Source: Minisyncoccia bacterium (lineage in GTDB: Bacteria > Patescibacteriota > Minisyncoccia > Phycocordibacterales > XYD1-FULL-46-19). From it: a stretch of DNA of 48,369 nt. The position numbers and the translations under genes are program-made. The notes beneath the pieces are model-generated. The model did no database searches, had not been told where the DNA came from, and saw only the letters and a program-made list of their open reading frames with translations. The stretch spans positions 1 through 48,369 of the forward strand of contig JBFIHK010000001.1 in the NCBI GenBank assembly GCA_041601795.1, read 5' to 3'. Within the stretch, counting starts at the first letter, position 1. Each line of letters starts with the position of its first letter. Below, piece by piece: positions 6,979-15,784 of the stretch.

Positions 6979-9633
6979 CTAGTCCTTGTGTTTTTTATTT
7001 TTCGCTTGTTTTAATATTTTATTTAAATAAAAACCAGTATGGGTGTCTGTTTGGGCTATTTCTTCTGGAGTACCCTTGGCCACTAGCTTCCCCCCTCCAG
7101 AACCCCCTTCTGGTCCCATATCTATAACATAATCAGCATTTTTAATCACATCTAAATTATGTTCAATTACAACCACCGTATTACCTTTATCAACTAAACG
7201 TTGTAAAATGGCTACCAAATTTTTAACATCTTCATAATGAAGACCCACTGTTGGCTCATCTAAAATATAAATGGATTTTTGTACAAACGGACGATACAAT
7301 TCTGAAGATATTTTAACCCTTTGGGCTTCTCCGCCAGACAAAGTGGTGGCCGACTGACCAAGTTCTAAATAACCCAAGCCAACTTCATTTAAGGTTTTCA
7401 AACGATCGCTAATGGCTGGAATATCACGAAAAAATTCAAATGCCTCCTCAACCGTCATATGTAAAACATCGCTAATATTTTTATTTTTATATTTTACCTC
7501 TAAAGTCTCTTTTTGGAATCGACTTCCTAAACAAACATCACAAGTCACATAAACTGTTGGCAAAAAATGCATTTCAACGGCAATAGTACCGTTTCCTCCA
7601 CAAGCTTCACAACGTCCACCTTTGACATTAAAAGAAAAACGTCCGGGTTTCCACCCTCTGACTCTAGCTGTTTCTGTACTAGCAAAAACTTCTCTAATCC
7701 AAGTAAAGGCACCAGTATAAGTGGCTGGATTAGACCGTGGAGTCCGCCCAATAGGAGACTGATCGATCAAAATAGAGCGTCCTAAATATTCACTACCAGC
7801 AAACTCGTCACAATTAAAAATTTCATTTGATCTAGCTTTTCGATTAAACTTAGCTTGAAGATTTTTATATAAAATTTCATAGACAAAACTAGATTTACCC
7901 GAACCAGACACTCCGGTAATAGCTACCAATTTACCTAAAGGAACATCAACATTTAAATTTTTAATATTAAAAATTTTACCTCCCTTTACTCTTAACTTAC
8001 CCTTATTAGCTTTTCTTCTAGTTTCTGGTAAAGGCACTCTCTTTTCACCTCGTAGATAATCTACCGTTAAGGAATTGTAATTATTAGTTTTACTGGTCAA
8101 TAATTTTTCTGTTTTATCTGCTACCACTACACTGCCACCATGAACACCAGCCCCAGGGCCAATGTCAACCAAAAAGTCAGAAGCAAAAATAGTGTCCTCA
8201 TCGTGTTCGACCACAATAATAGTGTTACCCAAATCGCGCAAATCAAGTAGAGTTTGAATTAATTTGTCATTATCTCGACTATGCAAACCAATAGTCGGTT
8301 CATCCAAGACATATAAAGTACCCACCAAACGCGACCCCAATTGAGAAGCTAAGCGAATTCTTTGAGCCTCACCCCCAGATAAAGTATTGGCCCGCCTATC
8401 TAAAGTAATATAATCTAAACCAACATCTAACAAAAATTTAAGCCTAGACTCTATTTCTCTTAAAATCATTTCGGCAATTTGTTTATCTTTTTTACTTAAA
8501 GTTAAATTTTTTATAAATTCACTAGCTTCTTTAATAGACAAACCAGTAAAGCCGACGATGTTTTTTTTATCTTTAGAACTCTCTAAAAACACCTGCAAAG
8601 CCTCCTTCCGCAACCGATAACCACTACAGTCAGGACAAGATTTAGTACTATATAAATTTTTAGTCCCTAAACCATGGCAAGTTGGACACGCTCCATAAGG
8701 TGAATTAAAAGAAAAAAGTCTAGGTTCTATTTCTGGAAAAGAAAAACCATCTCGGGGGCAAGCAAATTTAGCCGACAACAATATTTCAATTAAAGACTCG
8801 GCTAACACATTGTTTTTAAGACTTGCCCGACCAATCACCACTCGAACTAAACCCTCAGATTCATCTAAAGCTCTTTCTACTCCTTCTACTAGCCGACTGT
8901 AAGCATTATCATAAGAAGCTTCTTCTACTTTAGCTTTTAAAGATGTCTTAGTTAAATCTTGAGCCTTAAAATCGGCTATTTCTATTTCATCTATTAATAC
9001 ATCTATATCGTGTTTTTTATTTCGAGCTAACTCTATTCTGTCTCTTAAATTATATCTTTTTTCATCTATCAACACTTCCGAATAACCTTTGTCTAATAAA
9101 TCATACAACAGTTGATAATATTCTCCTTTGCGCCCCCTTATAACTGGAGAGTAAATTTTTACAGTTTCAGCAGTCGGTTTTTTAATATTGTCTTTAATTT
9201 GATCTAAGACAAAATTAACTATTTCATCGTTAGACAATTTATTTATTTCTTGCCCACACAAAGGACAAAAAGGTTTACCGATACGAGCATACAAGACTCG
9301 TAAGTAATCATAAATCTCTGTAATAGTGGCCACAGTTGATCGTGGGTTTTGCGACCTAGATTTCTGGTCAATAGAAATAGCCGGAGACAAACCAGTAATT
9401 TCATCCACTTCTGGTTTTTGCATTTGACGTAAAAATTGCCTTGCATAAGAAGATAAAGATTCAACATAGCGTCTTTGTCCCTCGGCAAAAATAGTATCAA
9501 AAGCAAGACTTGATTTACCTGAACCAGACAGTCCAGCAATAACTACCATCTCGTCGCGGGGTATTTCTAAGTCTATATTTTTTAAATTATGTGTCTTAGC
9601 TCCTTTAATTGTTATTTTTTTCTCGTCTTTCAC
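6979..9633 (-). CDS. uvrA: excinuclease ABC subunit A
   Basis: 884 aa, GTG start. Two ABC modules (GLSGSGKSS, GVSGSGKSS; two LSGGEAQR signatures) and zinc-finger Cys pairs. Confidence 0.95.
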   Translation of the reverse strand: MKDEKKITIKGAKTHNLKNIDLEIPRDEMVVIAGLSGSGKSSLAFDTIFAEGQRRYVESLSSYARQFLRQMQKPEVDEITGLSPAISIDQKSRSQNPRSTVATITEIYDYLRVLYARIGKPFCPLCGQEINKLSNDEIVNFVLDQIKDNIKKPTAETVKIYSPVIRGRKGEYYQLLYDLLDKGYSEVLIDEKRYNLRDRIELARNKKHDIDVLIDEIEIADFKAQDLTKTSLKAKVEEASYDNAYSRLVEGVERALDESEGLVRVVIGRASLKNNVLAESLIEILLSAKFACPRDGFSFPEIEPRLFSFNSPYGACPTCHGLGTKNLYSTKSCPDCSGYRLRKEALQVFLESSKDKKNIVGFTGLSIKEASEFIKNLTLSKKDKQIAEMILREIESRLKFLLDVGLDYITLDRRANTLSGGEAQRIRLASQLGSRLVGTLYVLDEPTIGLHSRDNDKLIQTLLDLRDLGNTIIVVEHDEDTIFASDFLVDIGPGAGVHGGSVVVADKTEKLLTSKTNNYNSLTVDYLRGEKRVPLPETRRKANKGKLRVKGGKIFNIKNLNVDVPLGKLVAITGVSGSGKSSFVYEILYKNLQAKFNRKARSNEIFNCDEFAGSEYLGRSILIDQSPIGRTPRSNPATYTGAFTWIREVFASTETARVRGWKPGRFSFNVKGGRCEACGGNGTIAVEMHFLPTVYVTCDVCLGSRFQKETLEVKYKNKNISDVLHMTVEEAFEFFRDIPAISDRLKTLNEVGLGYLELGQSATTLSGGEAQRVKISSELYRPFVQKSIYILDEPTVGLHYEDVKNLVAILQRLVDKGNTVVVIEHNLDVIKNADYVIDMGPEGGSGGGKLVAKGTPEEIAQTDTHTGFYLNKILKQAKNKKHKD

Positions 9634-9744
9634 AACTTCTTATTTAAATAATAAAACAAATCAAAAACCTCAAATTAAAATTGGCTTAAATTAGAACAAG
9701 TATAATAGCACATAAAACTAGATATTTGTAGTCGTGTCAAATAT

Positions 9745-10311
9745 TTAATATTTTCTAATGACTCCCTTAACTAAAGCCACTATTTTCAAGTCAAACTCTG
9801 GATATAGGGGTTGATATTTTTTATTAGCTGGTTCCAACCACACTAAAGTCCCCTTTTTCCGAAAATATTTCATTGTAAACTCACCGTCTATATTGGCCAC
9901 AACAATATCTCCGTCTCGAGCTGTATCGGCTTTTTCAGCTATAACCATGTCGCCATCGTCAATATGAGCTTCAATCATTGAGTCTCCGTCTACTTCCAAA
10001 ATAAAAGTTTTATCTTTTTTTTCTATTAAAAAGTCATTTAAATTTAAAGTATCAAAAGTGTGCTCCGCTTCTACTGACATCGGTAGCCCAGCGGTAACAG
10101 AACCTAAAAGTGGCACTTCTAGAAAACTAGCTTCTGGCACTAATCGACCCAAGTGATCTTTAGCCACTATTTTTTGCTCCACCATTTTACTAACTACTTT
10201 ATAGACAGCATTTTTAGACTTGAAGCCAAACAAAGTCATCATTTCAGCATAAGTGGGCAAGCGTCTGTGTTTATCATAAAAAACTAATAATATTTTTTTA
10301 TAATGATCCAT
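9745..10311 (-). CDS. lexA: LexA repressor (S24 autopeptidase)
   Basis: 188 aa. Winged-helix N-terminus, cleavage site VTAG|LPM, catalytic GDSM serine and the VKGVIRK lysine. Confidence 0.9.
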   Translation of the reverse strand: MDHYKKILLVFYDKHRRLPTYAEMMTLFGFKSKNAVYKVVSKMVEQKIVAKDHLGRLVPEASFLEVPLLGSVTAGLPMSVEAEHTFDTLNLNDFLIEKKDKTFILEVDGDSMIEAHIDDGDMVIAEKADTARDGDIVVANIDGEFTMKYFRKKGTLVWLEPANKKYQPLYPEFDLKIVALVKGVIRKY

Positions 10312-10314
10312 AAT

Positions 10315-10509
10315 TTAAAATAAAGTTAAAGTCGACACCAAATTGGACAAATAGCTTTTACCAGACAATCTTTTTAATTCTTTTGATAAAGACTTATGAC
10401 GCAAAGCTTCTTTCGAATAAGGTAAACCTCTGACTATTTTGTCATCTATAATTTTATTTAAAGTGTTTATCTCTGTAACCAAAGATTTTTTGTATTGGTG
10501 GTAGTTCAT
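10315..10509 (-). CDS. small hypothetical protein (64 aa) immediately upstream of lexA
   Basis: Shortened from the 10315..10593 ORF to the ATG at 10509, because the upstream part overlaps a good promoter. MNYHQYKKSLVTEINTLNKIIDDKIVRGLPYSKEALRHKSL... Stop is 3 nt before the lexA ATG. No clear SD. Confidence 0.4.
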   Translation of the reverse strand: MNYHQYKKSLVTEINTLNKIIDDKIVRGLPYSKEALRHKSLSKELKRLSGKSYLSNLVSTLTLF

Positions 10510-10548
10510 AATAATATGGTCAATATAATATAAAATAATTATATTAAT

Positions 10549-10577
10549 AGTATAGGTGAACGCTAGTTTACCGTCAA
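10549..10577 (-). promoter_or_regulatory. candidate promoter of the orf-lexA(-uvrA-uvrC) unit with a GAAC-N4-GTTT half-palindrome in its spacer
   Basis: Minus strand TTGACG (10577-10572)-N17-TATACT (10554-10549). The spacer contains AAACTAGCGTTC, one mismatch from GAAC-N4-GTTC. Confidence 0.4.
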
Positions 10578-10615
10578 CATTATTTATCCCCACCTCTTTA
10601 GATTCGATAATAAAA

Positions 10616-12634
10616 TTAATCTAAATTTAATAACGCCTTAATCTCATCTCTAAGCATAGCTGCCGTCTCAAAATCTAAAACTTTAATTGCATCCGACATT
10701 TCTTTTTCTTTAGTGGTAATTATTTTTTTCAAAGCTCTTTTATCACTACCGATAGCTATTTTGTCTAACTCAACCAAACGTTGAACAGCTTTTTGCCTGT
10801 CACTTTTTATACCCTCAGTAATATCTTCAATGTTTTTCTTAATACTAATAGGAGTTAAGCCGTGTTTCTTATTATGAGCCATTTGCAAAGTTCGGCGCCT
10901 TTTAGTTTCATCAATGGCCTTTTTCATGGAACCAGTAATACTATCGGCATATAAAATAACTCGACCATCTATGTTTCTAGCTGCTCGGCCAATAGTCTGA
11001 ACTAAAGATGTCTCAGACCGCAAGAAACCTTCTTTGTCTGCGTCTAAAATACCAATAAAAGATACTTCGGGTAAATCTAACCCCTCTCGCAATAGGTTAA
11101 CTCCGACCAAAACATCAAAATCCCCTTTACGGAAACTAGATAAAATTTGAATTCTATCTAAAGTTTTTATTTCACTATGTAAATATTCAGCTTTTATTTT
11201 TTTGGCTTTTAAAAATTCACTTAAATCTTCAGCCATTTTTTTAGTTAAAGTAGTCGCAATCACCCGATAACCCTTTTTAATTTCTTTTTCAGCTTCAGCG
11301 ATAAAATCAATTACTTGACCAGGATAAGTATCGGAGCCAATAATTGGCCTGATTTCTAAAACAGGATCAAGGAGCCCAGTTGGTCTAATAATTTGTTCAG
11401 CCACTTGCTTACTTTTTTCAATTTCATATTTACCTGGTGTCGCACTGGTATAAATGACTGGCCCTACTCTTTCTGTAAATTCATCAAATTTTAAAGGTCT
11501 ATTGTCTAAAGCGCTAGGCAACCTAAAACCATATTCAATTAAAGTTTTTTTTCGACTCTGATCACCAGCATACATAGCCCCAATTTGAGACACTGTAACA
11601 TGGGATTCATCTATAATAGTTAAAAAGTCTGGTGAGCCATCCTTTTTTTTAGGAAAATAAGACAATAATGTATCTGGGGCCTCACCCTTATTCCGCCCGG
11701 ACAAATGGCGGGAATAATTTTCTATACCATTACAATAGCCAATTTCAGCCATCATAGCCATGTCATACTTAGTTCGTCTTTTTATTCTCTCAGCCTCTAA
11801 AGATTGACCTCGGTCTGTAAAATATTTTAATTGATCTTTTAATTCGGCTGAAATAGAACTTAAGGCCTGTTGTCTCATTTCTGGTGTAGTCACGAAATGT
11901 TTAGCTGGAAACAAAAAAAAGTTTTTAGGTTCACTTACCACCCCTCTTGTTATAGAATCCAAATGTAAAATTTGATCTATTTGATTACCTAAAATTCTAA
12001 TATTATAAATCTCTTTTTCAGACGGAGGCATAATTTCAATAGAATTACCTATAGCTCTAAAAGTACCAGGGGTTAAATCGGCATTGGTTCGTTCATAAAA
12101 AATACTCACTAATTTTTTTATAAAATCATTTCTAGAAATTTTTTCTCCTTGCTCAATTAACAAATGTTCTTTTTTATATTCAGCTGGACTACCTAAACCA
12201 TAAATACAAGAAACTGAAGCAACAATAATAACATCCTGTCTAGTCAACAAAGCTTGAGTAGAAGCATGGCGAAGACGCTCTATCTCCTCATTAATAGAAG
12301 CATCTTTTTCAATATAGGTATCGGTTATAGGCATATAAGCCTCAGGTTGATAATAATCATAATAAGAAACAAAATAATGAACAGCATTATCGGGGAAAAA
12401 AGTTTTATACTCTTGAGCTAGTTGAGCTGCTAGTGTTTTATTATGCGCAATAACTAAAGTCGGCTTATTAATTTGGGCAATTATATTAGCAGCGGTAAAA
12501 GTCTTGCCCGATCCAGTCACACCCAAAAGAGTCTGGTGATTAAAACCAGATTTTAAACCCACAACCAACTTATCTATGGCTTGAGGTTGGTCACCAGCAG
12601 GCTTATAGTCACTTTTTAAATTAAAAATAGCCAC
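10616..12634 (-). CDS. uvrB: excinuclease ABC subunit B
   Basis: 672 aa, GTG start. KPAGDQPQAI, Walker A GVTGSGKT, DESH box and C-terminal UVR motif FETAAMLRDEI. Confidence 0.95.
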   Translation of the reverse strand: MAIFNLKSDYKPAGDQPQAIDKLVVGLKSGFNHQTLLGVTGSGKTFTAANIIAQINKPTLVIAHNKTLAAQLAQEYKTFFPDNAVHYFVSYYDYYQPEAYMPITDTYIEKDASINEEIERLRHASTQALLTRQDVIIVASVSCIYGLGSPAEYKKEHLLIEQGEKISRNDFIKKLVSIFYERTNADLTPGTFRAIGNSIEIMPPSEKEIYNIRILGNQIDQILHLDSITRGVVSEPKNFFLFPAKHFVTTPEMRQQALSSISAELKDQLKYFTDRGQSLEAERIKRRTKYDMAMMAEIGYCNGIENYSRHLSGRNKGEAPDTLLSYFPKKKDGSPDFLTIIDESHVTVSQIGAMYAGDQSRKKTLIEYGFRLPSALDNRPLKFDEFTERVGPVIYTSATPGKYEIEKSKQVAEQIIRPTGLLDPVLEIRPIIGSDTYPGQVIDFIAEAEKEIKKGYRVIATTLTKKMAEDLSEFLKAKKIKAEYLHSEIKTLDRIQILSSFRKGDFDVLVGVNLLREGLDLPEVSFIGILDADKEGFLRSETSLVQTIGRAARNIDGRVILYADSITGSMKKAIDETKRRRTLQMAHNKKHGLTPISIKKNIEDITEGIKSDRQKAVQRLVELDKIAIGSDKRALKKIITTKEKEMSDAIKVLDFETAAMLRDEIKALLNLD

Positions 12635-12811
12635 GATTATAATGTAACATAAAATAATTAAATTTATGGCCGACGTAGAGTAAAAAAAAATAGTACTCTT
12701 ATCTTGTCCTCCGTGCCAATGACAACAAAAAGGTCACTTGTCTGCCAGGTAAGCAAGAAGCGAATTCTAAGCAAGTCTAAGGGTTTATCCTAGGATTGAA
12801 TACCCCCTTTT

Positions 12812-12857
12812 AAAAAACCCCGGGTGCCGGACATACAATTCCTGCTTTCACCCGAGG
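12812..12857 (-). terminator. rho-independent terminator after tgt and the 38-aa ORF
   Basis: Minus strand 9-bp stem CCUCGGGUG/CACCCGGGG (one G-U pair) with a 22-nt loop, followed by U6. Confidence 0.55.
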
Positions 12858-12865
12858 CTCTTCCC

Positions 12866-12982
12866 CTAAATCATGGCTACTGCAGCCAGCATGATAAATA
12901 CTATCAAACTGACAACTGCGACCGATAAGTAAATAACTATTCTTTCTAACTTTTTGTACCTAGTTTCATTATCAGACACCAT
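12866..12982 (-). CDS. 38-aa single-pass membrane peptide (below the ORF-track cut-off)
   Basis: AAGGAG 4-5 nt upstream of ATG at 12982. MVSDNETRYKKLERIVIYLSVAVVSLIVFIMLAAVAMI. The terminator follows directly. Confidence 0.4.
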   Translation of the reverse strand: MVSDNETRYKKLERIVIYLSVAVVSLIVFIMLAAVAMI

Positions 12983-13086
12983 GTTCTCCTTCTACGCTAA
13001 AGACCAAATTTAAACTTCTCTTAGTTAAACTATAACGAAAATAACATGTTTCTAACATCTAGTCAAAAAATAACTAGCTTGTTTAT

Positions 13087-14295
13087 CTAGAATTTAGTTT
13101 TTAAATATAAATTTAAAAAATCTTGTCTAAAACTGTCAAAACTATCGTCCAAAATGGACTGTCTAATATCATCTGTCAATTTAATAATAAAATGTAAGTT
13201 ATGAATAGAAGCCAGTGTCGCCCCCAACATCTCATGAGCCCGGAAAAGATGGGCTAGATAACCAGCCGTATAATTAGTACAAGTATAACAAGAACAATCT
13301 TTTTCTAAAGGTGAAAAATCTTCTTTATATTTTTGATTTAAAATATTAATTTTCCCCTTTTTGGTATATAAAGTACCATTGCGAGCAATACGAGTCGGAG
13401 TCACACAGTCAAAAGTATCCATACCCGCTTCAACACCTAGAAAAATATCTTCAGGTTCTCCAATACCTAATAAGTGGCGCGGTTTACTTTCTGGTAGGAC
13501 GCTAGTAGTTGTCCTTAAAACTTGACCTAAATCACTTTTAGAAAAAGAGCCTCCAATACCAAAACCAGCCAAATCATCTAACCCAGCCAAAAAATGAGCC
13601 GACTCTTGTCTTAAATCTTCATATTGACCTCCTTGGACTATACCAAATAAACCCTGCTTACACTTGGCAGTTTTATTTTTAATATGGGCCTCTATACTTC
13701 GCTCCGCCCACCTGTGGGTTCTAATTAAAGCCTTTTTTTGATAATCATAAGACACAGCCGGAGAAGTACATTCATCAAAAGCAAAAATAATATCTGCCCC
13801 TAAATTATGTTGAATATCAATAGATTTTTCTGGATCTAAACGATGACAACTACCGTCAATGTGAGACTTAAAAGTCACCCCATTGTCATCAATTTGAGCC
13901 AATTTTTCAGTTTGAGGCATTTTACTGTTTGTATCTGCACTGCCACCATCTTTAGCAAACTTGGTCACTCCACCTTCACCAAAAGCAGCTCCTAAAGAAA
14001 AAACTTGAAACCCACCAGAATCTGTAAACATAGGGCCGTCATAATTCATAAACTTATGTAAACCACCAGCTTGTTTAATTATTTTGTCTCCCGGTTGCAA
14101 ATATAAATGATAAGTATTAGCCAATATAGTTTGAGCGCCTAAAGATTTTACTTGCTCTGGAGTTAAAGCCTTAACTGTGGCTTTAGTACCCACAGTCACA
14201 AAAGCCGGGGTTTTTATTTCACCATGTAAAGTGGAAATAGCCCCCGCTCGCATACTATTTTTAGCTTGATCTATTTTAAAATTTATTGGCTTCAT
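13087..14295 (-). CDS. tgt: queuine tRNA-ribosyltransferase (tRNA-guanine transglycosylase)
   Basis: 402 aa. TPAFVTVGT, FTDSGGFQ, LFGIVQGG and zinc site CSCYTCTNYTAGYLAHL. Confidence 0.95.
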   Translation of the reverse strand: MKPINFKIDQAKNSMRAGAISTLHGEIKTPAFVTVGTKATVKALTPEQVKSLGAQTILANTYHLYLQPGDKIIKQAGGLHKFMNYDGPMFTDSGGFQVFSLGAAFGEGGVTKFAKDGGSADTNSKMPQTEKLAQIDDNGVTFKSHIDGSCHRLDPEKSIDIQHNLGADIIFAFDECTSPAVSYDYQKKALIRTHRWAERSIEAHIKNKTAKCKQGLFGIVQGGQYEDLRQESAHFLAGLDDLAGFGIGGSFSKSDLGQVLRTTTSVLPESKPRHLLGIGEPEDIFLGVEAGMDTFDCVTPTRIARNGTLYTKKGKINILNQKYKEDFSPLEKDCSCYTCTNYTAGYLAHLFRAHEMLGATLASIHNLHFIIKLTDDIRQSILDDSFDSFRQDFLNLYLKTKF

Positions 14296-14298
14296 ATT

Positions 14299-14754
14299 TT
14301 AAATCACCACATACCATATCAGCAATCCTAAATTAGTCCACCAACCTAAGAAAGAAAAAATAAAACTAACTTTAATCTTATTTTGCAATGATTGAGGTAA
14401 AATATCTGATCCTTGGCCACTTTTTTCTCGCTCCAACAAAAAAGGGCTGATTTTAAAACTTAAAAATAGTCCGTTCAATATTAAAACTAAAATCAAAATA
14501 AAATGATAAATGGGCCAGATCCAAAAATTCTCTTGTCGATAAAACAAAAAGCTGCCAATTATAACCAGTAGAATACCCAGCCAAATTAAAGGCTTAGTTA
14601 CTTTGTGGGTTCTCGTTGTAGCTAAAGTCCAATAAGTAGATTTTTGACCTAAAAAACCTAATAAATCTATTACTGTTACCGCTCCTAAGCCAATCACAAA
14701 CCCAGCTATAAAAACAAACAAACCAACAAAGTTTAATATTAGTTGAGCGTCCAT
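14299..14754 (-). CDS. hypothetical integral membrane protein (about 4 TM)
   Basis: Start moved to the ATG at 14754 (MDAQLILNF...), overlapping the tspO stop by 16 nt. Hydrophobic throughout. Confidence 0.55.
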   Translation of the reverse strand: MDAQLILNFVGLFVFIAGFVIGLGAVTVIDLLGFLGQKSTYWTLATTRTHKVTKPLIWLGILLVIIGSFLFYRQENFWIWPIYHFILILVLILNGLFLSFKISPFLLEREKSGQGSDILPQSLQNKIKVSFIFSFLGWWTNLGLLIWYVVI

Positions 14755-15224
14755 AAAATGTAATTTAAATAAGTTGCAAACGAAACCCACAATAAATACG
14801 GCAACAATAAAACCGAAGCTATTTTAGACCTAGACCAGAGTAAAATCATTAAAATAAGGACTGAAGCCAATATTTCTGTCGCTAGCCACACCGCCAGTCC
14901 GATTTTTGTTAAATAAAAGAAAGCTAAACTCCAAGAAACATTAACCACAGCGTTATAAATAAAGACAAAGCCTATTAACTTCCACCAAAAGTCGCGTTTA
15001 ATCTTATTCCACCAAATTAAAGCTGATATGGTAGTCAAAATATAAATAGTGGTCCAAACAGGCCCAAACAACCAACTAGGCGGATTAAACTCTGGCTTAA
15101 TTAAAGTATCATACCAACCAATATTAATACCCACACTAGTAAACCAAGAACCTAAAACAGCTACCAATATGCCAACAAGAGGGATAATAATATAATTTAT
15201 TTTTAATTTTGACTTTAAAATCAT
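14739..15224 (-). CDS. tspO: TspO/MBR family tryptophan-rich sensory protein
   Basis: 161 aa, 5 TM. FNPPSWLFGPVWTTIY and a Trp-rich profile typical of TspO. Confidence 0.85.
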   Translation of the reverse strand: MILKSKLKINYIIIPLVGILVAVLGSWFTSVGINIGWYDTLIKPEFNPPSWLFGPVWTTIYILTTISALIWWNKIKRDFWWKLIGFVFIYNAVVNVSWSLAFFYLTKIGLAVWLATEILASVLILMILLWSRSKIASVLLLPYLLWVSFATYLNYILWTLN

Positions 15225-15226
15225 GA

Positions 15227-15706
15227 TTAAGTTTGAGAACGTTTTTTAGCCACCATAGAAATACCTTGCTCTAATTTGCCCAAAAAATCTTTATGCCACT
15301 GGGCTCCAGCTCGGGCAAAGTCTACGACTTCTTTTAAGTTTAACTCTTCGGCAGCAGCCTCCGCTAATTTAAAATGAACAATAGCTCCACCTTCAAAAAA
15401 ACCTAACCATTCTATAACCTCAGATGAATCTTGCCAGTCTTCTGGTTTTTGCATATACAAATTAGCCATGGCTGTTAATTTAACCCCTGTCTTATCAGCT
15501 TTAGTTAAAATAACCTCTTTTAAATCTGATTCTTGAACAATGTGGTTTAAATTTTTTTTATGTTCAGCATAAATTTCATTAGCCTTATTAGTAAAATCCT
15601 GCCCCAACACACTGCTTAAGGCTGTTTTTGCCTGCAAAAATTGTTCCGCTCCGACATTAATAAAAGCCATCACTTCACCTAACTTTTTAGCTGTAAATTC
15701 ATTCAT
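15227..15706 (-). CDS. hypothetical soluble helical protein
   Basis: 159-aa ORF, tightly packed after tspO. No motif I can name with confidence. Confidence 0.55.
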   Translation of the reverse strand: MNEFTAKKLGEVMAFINVGAEQFLQAKTALSSVLGQDFTNKANEIYAEHKKNLNHIVQESDLKEVILTKADKTGVKLTAMANLYMQKPEDWQDSSEVIEWLGFFEGGAIVHFKLAEAAAEELNLKEVVDFARAGAQWHKDFLGKLEQGISMVAKKRSQT

Positions 15707-15784
15707 ATTTTTTTAAAAAACTATATTTATAATTAGACTTCATTATATCACAGTACTCTAAGCTTTAATTTCTGACTCTAAACC

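Noticed and set aside
9634-9744. Possible LexA box AGAACAAGTATAAT upstream of uvrA, and ATGTTACAT upstream of uvrB.
   Set aside because: Only one half-site (GAAC or GTTAC) is present in each. They do not match the candidate box upstream of lexA well enough to define a shared operator.
12663-12683. The 21-mer TTTATGGCCGACGTAGAGTAA matches TTTATAGCAGACGTAGAGCAA at 34581-34601 at 18 of 21 positions. Both lie upstream of minus-strand genes, and GACGTAG also occurs near 951-961.
   Set aside because: My rough estimate for an AT-rich 48-kb window gives hundreds of 18/21 matches by chance, and a few even among intergenic regions alone. The downstream genes have no common theme. A genome-wide motif count would be needed.
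12635-12865. Considered SRP (4.5S) RNA, tmRNA, RNase P RNA or 6S RNA in the long tgt-uvrB spacer.
   Set aside because: The GUCC-GGAA-GGAAGCAG order of SRP domain IV is absent (the pieces AAGCAGG and GUCCGG occur in the wrong order). There is no tRNA-like end or tag ORF for tmRNA, and no GAGGAAAGUCC-type P4 motif. Kept only as a generic structured spacer.
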